The notes under the pieces: generated by a model
Seen by the model: only the letters and a program-made list of their open reading frames with translations
The model's database searches: none
Told to the model about the DNA's origin: nothing
DNA from: Candidatus Heimdallarchaeota archaeon
GTDB lineage: Archaea > Asgardarchaeota > Wukongarchaeia > Wukongarchaeales > JBHIFL01
Assembly: GCA_046761065.1 (NCBI GenBank)
Contig: JBHIFL010000051.1
Location: 1-29,000, forward strand
DNA length: 29,000 bases
Direction of reading: 5' to 3'
Position numbers and translations under genes: made by a program
Part shown: one piece after another, positions 9,152 through 17,668 of the stretch
Numbering within the stretch: the stretch's first letter is position 1
Layout: each line of letters begins with the position of its first letter

Positions 9152-10489
9152 TTGAAATCTATATCTCAAGTGGTGAAAGAAAAAATACTCTTAGAAACGC
9201 TCCAGACCTATTATATTAAAGGATGGAGTTATTATGGGCTTCCAGAACTTCTAGACGGGCTGTGGAGTATGAGTGAAATTGAGGCATATATGCGTGAACA
9301 TAATTATCCGAAAAGGACTGAACTTCAAGATTTTACCAGCACCCTTCAACAAATTAGACAAAAAATTGTTGGGCTTAAGAAGATACTAGAGGATTCAGAC
9401 CTCCAAACTCTAGATGAGTTACCACAGCAAATCGTCAAACATTTTTTGAAGTTGAAAGAGGAACAATTGCGCAAAGAGAGAGTTTTGTTGGAAGCACTAT
9501 TGAAATACTATAAAGGAGGGGAAAACCAAACTGAGCTTTTAATACACACTAGAGGAGAATGGAATGCTGAAGAGATTAGCTCTTATATGGAGGAACGAGG
9601 TTATCCCTCATCGATACAATCTCCGGATCATCTTGCACTTCAGCAACGAGTTCTGATGGAAATAGCGCAAATCGAGAAACAACAACTAAAATTTGGGTTT
9701 GACATTGAACGCACCCTAACAGGCATATTGGTTATCCCTTCGTGGAGGAAGCTGATAGGGACGGAATTTACCGGATTCTTTAAACAAACTCTAGTTCGTT
9801 CGATCGAGCGGGATTCTGTGGTTATGGTTGTTGATCTAGGTCGAGGATTTCAAGAGGTAACTGGTGAAGATCTTTTTCTCATAACTGGTCCTGGGATCTA
9901 TTTTACTGAATTCAATCTTGGAACCGAACTCCCAATACAAGACCATCGAGAAATCACCGGCATAATATTGCCACGCTCGATCTACCAAGCTATACAACAA
10001 GCTGAGCCAATCTATCGAAGTGAAAAAATTCGGGCTACTATAACTGATTTGGCAGCATTTATCCCCTTCAGCATGGTCACCCAACCCTATCCAATACAAG
10101 CATATCTTCGAGGCGTGCTGATGCGAAGTATCTTTTCACCACATAGGGATATACTCACCTTATTGGCTCAAAATTGTAAAACTAATCGCGCTTACTCTGT
10201 TGATGAAGGTTTTAAGGTATTAAGCGCAAGTTCGATTCATTTCAACCGGTTACTCGTAGAATCTAAGTTTCTTCTTACTGCGAATTCGCAAGAATACATG
10301 CAACTCACGGCAGGACTTGCAAATATTCAACCAGGCCTGGAAAATATCATTGTCGATCTGTTTCCTACCGAAGAAGCACAGCAAGTCTTAGGAAGAATCA
10401 ATTCACTCAAAGAATACTATGCTGAATTTGGAGAACTCCTCCTCTTTAATTGGATACCTGATTGGGAAAGAGCAACGACCAATCCTTAA
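9152..10489 (+). CDS. Uncharacterised 445-aa protein with an N-terminal tandem duplication, downstream of KaiC
   Basis: Long ORF with a GAGGGA RBS; gapless internal repeat with 99-aa period starting at E10 and E109. Confidence 0.8.
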   Translation: MKSISQVVKEKILLETLQTYYIKGWSYYGLPELLDGLWSMSEIEAYMREHNYPKRTELQDFTSTLQQIRQKIVGLKKILEDSDLQTLDELPQQIVKHFLKLKEEQLRKERVLLEALLKYYKGGENQTELLIHTRGEWNAEEISSYMEERGYPSSIQSPDHLALQQRVLMEIAQIEKQQLKFGFDIERTLTGILVIPSWRKLIGTEFTGFFKQTLVRSIERDSVVMVVDLGRGFQEVTGEDLFLITGPGIYFTEFNLGTELPIQDHREITGIILPRSIYQAIQQAEPIYRSEKIRATITDLAAFIPFSMVTQPYPIQAYLRGVLMRSIFSPHRDILTLLAQNCKTNRAYSVDEGFKVLSASSIHFNRLLVESKFLLTANSQEYMQLTAGLANIQPGLENIIVDLFPTEEAQQVLGRINSLKEYYAEFGELLLFNWIPDWERATTNP

Positions 10490-10569
10490 GTTCATAGAAG
10501 AAAAAGTTTGGGGGCTATCAATATTTGGTTATTGAATTTTTGAGTGTCATCTGATTTTATAATATAACG

Positions 10570-11997
10570 TTACTCAGTTGCAAACGATCGGGTTGCCTTA
10601 GAAGGAGAAGGAGAGGAGTGTTCTACTTCTAGCTCACAATAGCCATTATTTCTTGTATTTATATCCATAACGAGCCAAAGGTCCGTTTTTGTGAGTTCAC
10701 TCAACAAACCAGAAAAGAATCCGACCTCATAAAAATAGAGGGGTTGGGGTTGGCTCGTTTCCTTCTTTAACTGTGTCTTGCGATCATAGAGTATGATTTT
10801 ATCCTTTAGTAATTCAATGTACTCATAATGGCCTCCAGAGAGTAGTTTTTGTTTTGCTGACAGTTTTTTTGTGGTTTCGAAAGCTTTATCGAGCGAAAGG
10901 GCTCCATTTTTACCATACAGGGTGGCCACACTCCTCCCATGCTTTCGACCTGCAGAAACCAGCAGGAATGGGCCATAATTTTCAATAGATGCAAGGGTTG
11001 AGAAAAATAGTTGAAATAAGGAAAAGTGAACATAATCAGATATTCCATAGCGGATTTTTCGTCCTTTTCTTATACTAAGGTGCTCACTGCGAATTAGAGA
11101 ATGAAGAACTTTTTGGGCATGAAATTCCCAGCAATTATGGGTTGATCTTGAGAGAATCTCAGTGGATTGTGGATTTTCATCCAATCTAATGCGAAAATCA
11201 CAGTAATTATTTCCAAGACCCCAACAACATATCTCGTTAACCACCACGGGAGTACCAATAAAGGTTTCCACAATTCCTGCAATCAAACCAGCATCCAAAT
11301 AACATGTAGGGATGCCTATATCTGGGACTCCTGTTGCTGCCGGAAGCTCAAAGAGTCTCAAGATGGCCACACTACTGCTTTTTCCATAGAGGACAGCTTT
11401 TTTGGTGATATTTAACCCTATATCAGATGTACGAGAATAAAAGTCTACAAGTCCTCGCAATGCCGTCTGGAAATGTTCCCAAACCGTCACTGATCTCGCC
11501 TTTAGATGAGGTTCCTCAAAGAAGCCGATAAAACCTCCATATTTCCCTGCGATTTTTCCAAGGTCGAACAACAGCTCGCACATGTGCCTTGATTGGCTTA
11601 GTAGAATGAAGTTTCTGATCTGTATGTTGGAAATGTGAATGTAGTCCGACAACCCCGGCATGATCGGGTTTATTCCCATTAGGCTCCCCATCATATTCGC
11701 ACTCGCATCAAAACAAACTCTTTTTATTTGGGAAGGGATTTCATCGATATGCAATTGGTTTCTTGCTTCTTGGGTGATACATTGCCAAAAAGCATCCAGA
11801 AAGGCTTTGGGAGAAAATTTGGCCGAATAAAACACCTTCCCTTGGAACTTTGCAGTCACATGGTTCCGATTCCCATTGGAAAATTCGATATGGTACTTTA
11901 GGGGGAGATCTCTCAAAATTTGATTAAAAATATTTTTTAGATCTTTCTGATGAATAGAAGACTCTACTTGTATTTCAAGACGATTTTGGGGATTCAT
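10570..11997 (-). CDS. Tandem V4R-domain protein
   Basis: First V4R: PTCYLDAGLIAGIVE..VVVNEICCWGLGNNYCDFRI; second degenerate: YFYEVGFFSGLLSEL...GYCELEV; each unit opens with G(L/I)SDY(I/V)H. Confidence 0.82.
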   Translation of the reverse strand: MNPQNRLEIQVESSIHQKDLKNIFNQILRDLPLKYHIEFSNGNRNHVTAKFQGKVFYSAKFSPKAFLDAFWQCITQEARNQLHIDEIPSQIKRVCFDASANMMGSLMGINPIMPGLSDYIHISNIQIRNFILLSQSRHMCELLFDLGKIAGKYGGFIGFFEEPHLKARSVTVWEHFQTALRGLVDFYSRTSDIGLNITKKAVLYGKSSSVAILRLFELPAATGVPDIGIPTCYLDAGLIAGIVETFIGTPVVVNEICCWGLGNNYCDFRIRLDENPQSTEILSRSTHNCWEFHAQKVLHSLIRSEHLSIRKGRKIRYGISDYVHFSLFQLFFSTLASIENYGPFLLVSAGRKHGRSVATLYGKNGALSLDKAFETTKKLSAKQKLLSGGHYEYIELLKDKIILYDRKTQLKKETSQPQPLYFYEVGFFSGLLSELTKTDLWLVMDINTRNNGYCELEVEHSSPSPSKATRSFATE

Positions 11998-12000
11998 TGT

Positions 12001-12963
12001 CTAACCGCTCATTATATCACCAATTATGGTTTCAAACATTTCTGTTACATTGGTATCGGTCTTTGCTGACGTTTCGAAAAACTTACAACCCAACTTTTTT
12101 GAAAGCTTAACTCCTTCGGCTGTGGACAGGCTTCGTTGGTTCTCAAGATCATTTTTATTACCTACCAGACAGAAACGTGCGTCTGGACAATGTTTGAGAA
12201 CTTGATTCATCCAAAACGTAATCTTTTCAAATGATTCTCGGGAGGTCAAGTCATAGACGAGTATGGCAGCTTGAGCTGCTTTGTAGTAAGCCGGAAGTAA
12301 AATATTAAACCGTTCTTGACCTCCAGTATCCCAAAATTGAACTCGTACTTCTCTATCGTTGATTTGAACATCTTTTCGGAAGAAGTTCACACCAATAGTC
12401 GTAAGATATGTTTCTCGAAATTCGCCTGTAGCGTATCTCGTAGTGAGACTTGTTTTCCCAACCGCTGGATCGCCTACAACCACAATCTTAAGGTTAACAT
12501 ATTCCCTTTCCACTTTATTCATTTTTGGGCTTTCATGGATTAAGACTTCCATCTCATTAAAAAGGGGAGCAATTATTTGTGTAAGCTCCTGCTGGGCCTT
12601 TCTAACTGGCTTTTCAGGTTTCGTTGAATCAAAAATATAGAATGCTTTGTAAAACTCTTTTTTTCCTTGTATCTCCTCCGCAACGCTCGTGAGCGCCTTT
12701 TTCACTCTGTCTTCTGGAATCTTATATGTTTGGGAAAATACTACAGATATCATAACAAGTTCGCGTTTGCCTCTTGCCCATTCCGAGGGAATCTCGAAAT
12801 GATAGTTAATGACTTTATAGGAATCAATCACATAACTGAAGAACCCTAATGTGATAGTATCAAGTAGACTCGCGACTTTTTCCTCCACGGTAGATTTGTG
12901 CCACGTTGCAGGAAGCGACATAAGTAGGCGTGGGCCTATGTAGGTATCAAAGAAAGACACCAT
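12001..12963 (-). CDS. uDENN/longin-like domain fused to Rab-like GTPase
   Basis: N-term VSFFDTYIGP...HFEIPSEWARGKRELVMISVV; C-term GDPAVGKT, TIGVNF, WDTGGQERF, YYKAA, NKND, ETSAK; true start possibly ATA at 12990. Confidence 0.88.
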   Translation of the reverse strand: MVSFFDTYIGPRLLMSLPATWHKSTVEEKVASLLDTITLGFFSYVIDSYKVINYHFEIPSEWARGKRELVMISVVFSQTYKIPEDRVKKALTSVAEEIQGKKEFYKAFYIFDSTKPEKPVRKAQQELTQIIAPLFNEMEVLIHESPKMNKVEREYVNLKIVVVGDPAVGKTSLTTRYATGEFRETYLTTIGVNFFRKDVQINDREVRVQFWDTGGQERFNILLPAYYKAAQAAILVYDLTSRESFEKITFWMNQVLKHCPDARFCLVGNKNDLENQRSLSTAEGVKLSKKLGCKFFETSAKTDTNVTEMFETIIGDIMSG

Positions 12964-13334
12964 GATTGCAAATTTATTATCGCTGGTTATCGTTTATCCC
13001 TCTTGTTGGCGAATTTTAATATGTTTCTTGAGGACGAGATTATCTTCAAGATGAAAAAAGACATTTGACCAAAATTAATGTTAGGTTATTCGACTTGTGA
13101 GAAAGGAATAAAGCGAGTCTAACTCCATTTTTGATCAATTGTACTCTATTTCCCTTTTACTAAAGTACTTAATTGAAACACTATAAATTGTTTTAGTCAA
13201 TTGTGCATTTATCTTGAATCAAATGAGTTAATGATCTCCTTTATATGGATGAGTCCTTACAAAAAGGGGTTGAGAGTACTCCGTACCCCCTAGTTCAAAA
13301 GGTTTCTTTGAGATCTTGTAATTCCTTGGATTTG

Positions 13335-14195
13335 TCAAATAAGAGAAGGTAGTCCTTCGAATCCTTTTGACTTTTTACTTTCACGAAAGGGGATTATTTC
13401 TCGTGTTAGATAGTCTACAATTATGGGCCAAATTATTGGAAGAACCATCCTCCAAGAAATATCAAAAAAAATATCCTCCCCCTCTGTGAGGGGATATTCT
13501 TCAATTATCGTTTGATAATCCTTACCAATCGTGATAGCTCTTAGTTTTTTCCCATCCAATATGCGAGTGTGCTGGCTCAAGAATCCGGCTATCGCCACAC
13601 GCATTAAAGTGGCAGCAAATCTCATATCCGTTAATTGAAGTGCATTATGGATTTTTCGAAGTGTTGGAACCAAATAGTTGGTTAATGTCAAAACTTTCAA
13701 AGATTCGTACTCTTCTCCCGCCTTAATTCGTGTTAAAATGAAATGGATTGATCTGATGTTCATTTGGAAGGTAAATATTCGTGTTACAATAAAGCGGGTC
13801 AATTCGCTGGTCATTTGGAAGGTTACTAAGAAAGCCTCAAAAAAAGGGGACAAGATTTCAGTGGTGAATTGCGTTGGATTGGTTCCAAGAATTAGAGCAT
13901 CCTTCTTAGCGAGTCCTATGTAGGTTGAAATGTCTATAACAAATTCCTTGGGTGTGGCAAGAAATAATTCTTGCTCCATTGCTACTATATATGAAGCCGC
14001 AATAAGCTCTCTAAACAACCCCGAATTCGCGGAGAAAAACTCAATTCCCTCAATTTGTTTTAAGATATTATATATTTTAGAGTCCTTGGTGGTAAGTGAA
14101 AAGATAATCAGCCATTGTAGGTATTCAAGCCTCTGTTTAAAATCGTATATGGCCTTCTCATAGAGTGATAAGATAGTACTGAGCAGCATAATCAA
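13335..14195 (-). CDS. Hypothetical, mostly alpha-helical protein
   Basis: 286-aa ORF co-oriented with the cluster; no recognisable motif. Confidence 0.65.
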   Translation of the reverse strand: MIMLLSTILSLYEKAIYDFKQRLEYLQWLIIFSLTTKDSKIYNILKQIEGIEFFSANSGLFRELIAASYIVAMEQELFLATPKEFVIDISTYIGLAKKDALILGTNPTQFTTEILSPFFEAFLVTFQMTSELTRFIVTRIFTFQMNIRSIHFILTRIKAGEEYESLKVLTLTNYLVPTLRKIHNALQLTDMRFAATLMRVAIAGFLSQHTRILDGKKLRAITIGKDYQTIIEEYPLTEGEDIFFDISWRMVLPIIWPIIVDYLTREIIPFRESKKSKGFEGLPSLI

Positions 14196-14390
14196 TCATC
14201 TTCTACAACATAATCCTCTTAATTCGCTGTTCTTAGGCTTGCGTCTCTTCATTTTGTCATTCTGTTGTTCTTTTTGTATAGATAGCTTCGGATTCTATAT
14301 TAATCTCATCCTATTGATTTTTTCAAAGTCTTCCTTCCTTTCCTCTCGCCAGTCTCAATTTTTTGAACGATTTTCAAATGAGTTAGTATT

Positions 14391-15656
14391 CTAATCATGC
14401 TGATGGCGGTTGAGATTCTTCCAACTGAGGAGTTGATCCCATTGTGCAGATTCTGTTCCTACTCCAATCCATTCCGAGAATTTCCAGGTCTCAATTGTCG
14501 GATACATAGAGATTTTTTGGGTTGAATACTCTGTTATTTTTTCTTCGCTAAGGGTTTTTATGAGTGCACGGATCGTCACGGTTGGCAATGTACTAGTTCC
14601 TTGGAACCTACTATCACATATGGCGGTCACCATTAGGAACCTGTCTCCTTTTTGCTTTGGGACATTGTAAAGATATAAAACGTCCTGTCCTTCCACGGTG
14701 TTGAAGATCGTCTCCTTGAAGAATGACACGCTTGATTGAAATATCCTTCTTTCGATTCGGTTTAGCATAAGACGAACTTGGCTTGGTAAATCCGAAGCTT
14801 GGTACAAAAACAATAGATCAATCGGGAGATATGAACGAATATTTTGTGCTTCCAATCTCAAGAATTCCTTGGGGTATGCTATTGCAATCCGCTCTGGTTG
14901 AAAAACCGGAGGACCCCATCCAAGTTCCCCATCGCAGTTCGAACATTCCTTTTTTTGGCGATATTCCGGTCGATAAATATGGCCACATTGACCAAAACAT
15001 TGTTTTAACGCTGAAAGCATTCCTTCTTGAAAAAGAATAGCAACCAGATTGCCTGCTTTGGGGAATTTCTCAGAGATTCCTCGCATTGAATGGTCTGAAA
15101 ATACTTTATGATATAGCGCTTGATTTAGAAGCCGACTAGCTTCCTGACACTGATCTCGCCTTTCTTGAACTGAGATTTTCATATGCTCAATTTCCGTTGT
15201 TCCTCGCCGATACACCCCATTGAAATTTTGACAGAGTTCCCTGGCAGCCTCTCGGAGTTCTGCGACATTTAGGTCATCCCAAGGAGTTAATAGAAGCATC
15301 ATAAGTATACAGTCTTCATATCTTGTTTTGACAGCGTATATATTGGGAAGAAGTGTTAATTCACGAGTTAATCCTAAGGTTGAATAACTTGCGGAAGATA
15401 AAATAAAATCTGGTTGATTGAGAATATCTGCGATGTTTAGTTGCCCATATCCTTCTTCAACATGTCTTTCTGATGTCTCATCATTAACAACCATTTGATT
15501 TCGAAATATAATCGAAAAATTCTCGAAGGTATTCGCATAACGGTCAATTGCTGAGAAAAGGGCAACTATCATTCTCGCATGGGGTATCTCTTCGTAACGC
15601 GAAATCGATCCCATTTTGTATGGTTCTCCCAGGATTCTCGAATACGACCAAATCAC
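14391..15656 (-). CDS. Hypothetical protein with a Zn-ribbon and possible divergent longin-like domains
   Basis: CFGQCGH-x11-ECSNC at 14934..14999; N-terminal ALFSAIDRYA resembles the longin helix of neighbours. Confidence 0.65.
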   Translation of the reverse strand: MIWSYSRILGEPYKMGSISRYEEIPHARMIVALFSAIDRYANTFENFSIIFRNQMVVNDETSERHVEEGYGQLNIADILNQPDFILSSASYSTLGLTRELTLLPNIYAVKTRYEDCILMMLLLTPWDDLNVAELREAARELCQNFNGVYRRGTTEIEHMKISVQERRDQCQEASRLLNQALYHKVFSDHSMRGISEKFPKAGNLVAILFQEGMLSALKQCFGQCGHIYRPEYRQKKECSNCDGELGWGPPVFQPERIAIAYPKEFLRLEAQNIRSYLPIDLLFLYQASDLPSQVRLMLNRIERRIFQSSVSFFKETIFNTVEGQDVLYLYNVPKQKGDRFLMVTAICDSRFQGTSTLPTVTIRALIKTLSEEKITEYSTQKISMYPTIETWKFSEWIGVGTESAQWDQLLSWKNLNRHQHD

Positions 15657-15774
15657 CCTTTAGAATCTCATACGGTGAGGATCCTTACACAGCAAAAGAA
15701 AAGGTGAGTCTGTGTTTTTGTAGCCCCCAGACTACCGCCATTTTTTCGATACACTTCTTAGGAGGCTTCGTTAT

Positions 15775-16872
15775 CTACCAATATTGCTGGAGGTCTGTAA
15801 GCGTTTTCCTCTTTTTTAGTTTAGTTTTCAGTTCGGACATTAAGGCAAGTTTTATTGCTTCCGGACTATCTACAGCGGCGGGGATAATACCAAGCGCTTG
15901 ATTTAAGGATCTATTGATCTTTCGCATTGTTTCGAACATTACGGGTGTCGGAGAAGATGAACAAAAGATTACAGACATATGTTCGGGAGAAATGGCTTCA
16001 AAACAAGCGGTGAAATCCTCAAAATCCAGCGGAACAGGTCCACTAAGTTTTTTAGATTCAACTTCATCTACAAAGGATGTTCCAACCGTTTTGAGCGCAT
16101 TTGCTGCTGCTCTCAGCAGGGTTTTGTCAGAGGTCGTCTTTGCTACACCGGAAACATAAGTGCCGTCCCGCTTGAAAATTCCTAGAGCTGAAAAATCGTC
16201 ATGTTTTTGGAGCTGTTCCTCTAACACTAGCGCCAACCGCTCAGTAACCTTGTCGACACGAGTGGCCTCTTCAGGGCTCGGAATGATATCTAGTAACTCC
16301 TTTTTAGGGGGTTTGGCCTCCACTGTAGGTAATTCTTCAAGCTCCACTGGAGGAAGAATATCCCAGAGAATTTGTCTGGCTGCTCTGTCTGCCGTATCTC
16401 CATAGATACTCGTTGCAAAACTAACAGCTGGCGATCCAAGGAATGGTTTAAGAATACTAAAAATCTCACGCGCCCGAACAAGGTTGTCTTTTAATTCCCC
16501 TGTCTTATCAGGATCAAATTTATGATATAAAATATACTTGTGAACTGGTTCTTTCTCCACAATTTTGAGGATTCGCGCCCAGTAGCTAGCAGCCTCCACG
16601 AATCGATCAGGATCTTGGATGTCAACAACAAAAATAAGGGCTGCGGTGCCCTGTAGCATCTCTGGTTTATCGAAGTAGCGATCACGATATTGAACCTGTC
16701 CCCCGAGATCCCAAATTATCATTTCCGCACCGATAAAGTCATACGGTTGCCTTTCAACCCCTTGGGTTGGTGACATTTCAGCTAAAAGGCTGGGATCTTT
16801 TAGATTGAACGTTTTCTCAAGGAGACAAGTCTTTCCCGCATAATCCAAACCTGCCATAATTATTTTTTGCAC
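15775..16872 (-). CDS. Rag/Arf-like small GTPase + Pro/Glu linker + roadblock-like domain
   Basis: GLDYAGKT, PTQG, WDLGGQ, HKFD, TSIY; C-terminal DFSALGIFKRDGTYVSG...helix...FEAISPEHMSVIFC roadblock-like topology; AGGAGG RBS at 16881-16886, GTG start. Confidence 0.82.
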   Translation of the reverse strand: MQKIIMAGLDYAGKTCLLEKTFNLKDPSLLAEMSPTQGVERQPYDFIGAEMIIWDLGGQVQYRDRYFDKPEMLQGTAALIFVVDIQDPDRFVEAASYWARILKIVEKEPVHKYILYHKFDPDKTGELKDNLVRAREIFSILKPFLGSPAVSFATSIYGDTADRAARQILWDILPPVELEELPTVEAKPPKKELLDIIPSPEEATRVDKVTERLALVLEEQLQKHDDFSALGIFKRDGTYVSGVAKTTSDKTLLRAAANALKTVGTSFVDEVESKKLSGPVPLDFEDFTACFEAISPEHMSVIFCSSSPTPVMFETMRKINRSLNQALGIIPAAVDSPEAIKLALMSELKTKLKKRKTLTDLQQYW

Positions 16873-17111
16873 ACATCCATCCTCCTAAAAATTTCATCTT
16901 CGGAATCCGCTTGAAGTTGATTTACGTTTCATCTAGGGCATTTTATGAAATCCAGTGTCTATTCATTTCTATTATTGCCAAGAACTGTTTCCTTTACTAT
17001 TTTGCAAGGAGGAAGAAAACAGCTCCATTCAATAAGAAACTTCTATCTGCTTATTTAATCCATATACCTCCTAATTAACTTTTGTCTTTTAAGGGAACTC
17101 GAATTAAGGGT

Positions 17112-17138
17112 ATAGAGTTGAAATTGTTCTAACTCTAT
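17112..17138. promoter_or_regulatory. Inverted repeat, possible operator or hairpin upstream of the GTPase-roadblock gene
   Basis: atagagtt-N11-aactctat (8-bp perfect arms) in AT-rich intergenic DNA. Confidence 0.3.
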
Positions 17139-17464
17139 TTTTATCCATCTAGCTGTTTTGCCTTTCATCTTTAAATATCTGTTTTTTTCCCCCTCTTATC
17201 CTTTTTTCAAGGGTTTTAAAAAGCTGAAACCACATATCAAAGAAAATAAACCCTATTTTGATGATATTAATGAATGTCTCTTTTTATCGTGGATAAAGGG
17301 GATCTATATTGGCAACTGACTCGGTAGGGCATGAAACCAGTACCAAATACATGAAAATTCAAGTCGGGCCAAGAATTTTGCCATTAACATCGGTTGTGGA
17401 AAAATCAAGCTTAATTGATATGATACAAGGTTAAACAAATTATTTATTTATTATATTTCCTTCA

Positions 17465-17659
17465 TTATAGTTCGTTGTTCTCCTCCATGACCGAATTTTG
17501 AATGTGATGTCATGCCAACTCTACGGTCAATTTGTCAATGATACTAGAAGATCCTTCGGATTTTTATAAAGCCAATGTAGCCTTTGAATAGACACATTCA
17601 GCATCAGCTTCCCTGATACGGTGATCAATTGATGTACATTCTCGTTATCGTTTTGCCAT
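17465..17659 (-). pseudogene. Degenerate archaeal histone fold in frame behind the longin-Arf paralog
   Basis: Reads MAKR*RECTSIDHRIREADAECVYSKATLAL*KSEGSSSIIDKLTVELA*HHIQNSVMEENNEL* vs VAKRELPLAPIDRLIKTLGAERVNLGATEILRDILEDIAITISESAMELARHAKRNMISKEDIRL; codon register kept apart from a net 3-nt loss. Confidence 0.82.
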
Positions 17660-17668
17660 TATAGATTC

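Noticed and set aside
13265-13291. GGGGT...ACCCC hairpin as a terminator or ncRNA
   Set aside because: Short imperfect stem; archaeal termination usually relies on T-tracts; no covariation evidence
17261-17434. Plus-strand frame containing VGPRIL...SSLIDMIQG, loosely like the uDENN N-terminus of 12001..12963
   Set aside because: Short gapped resemblance compatible with chance
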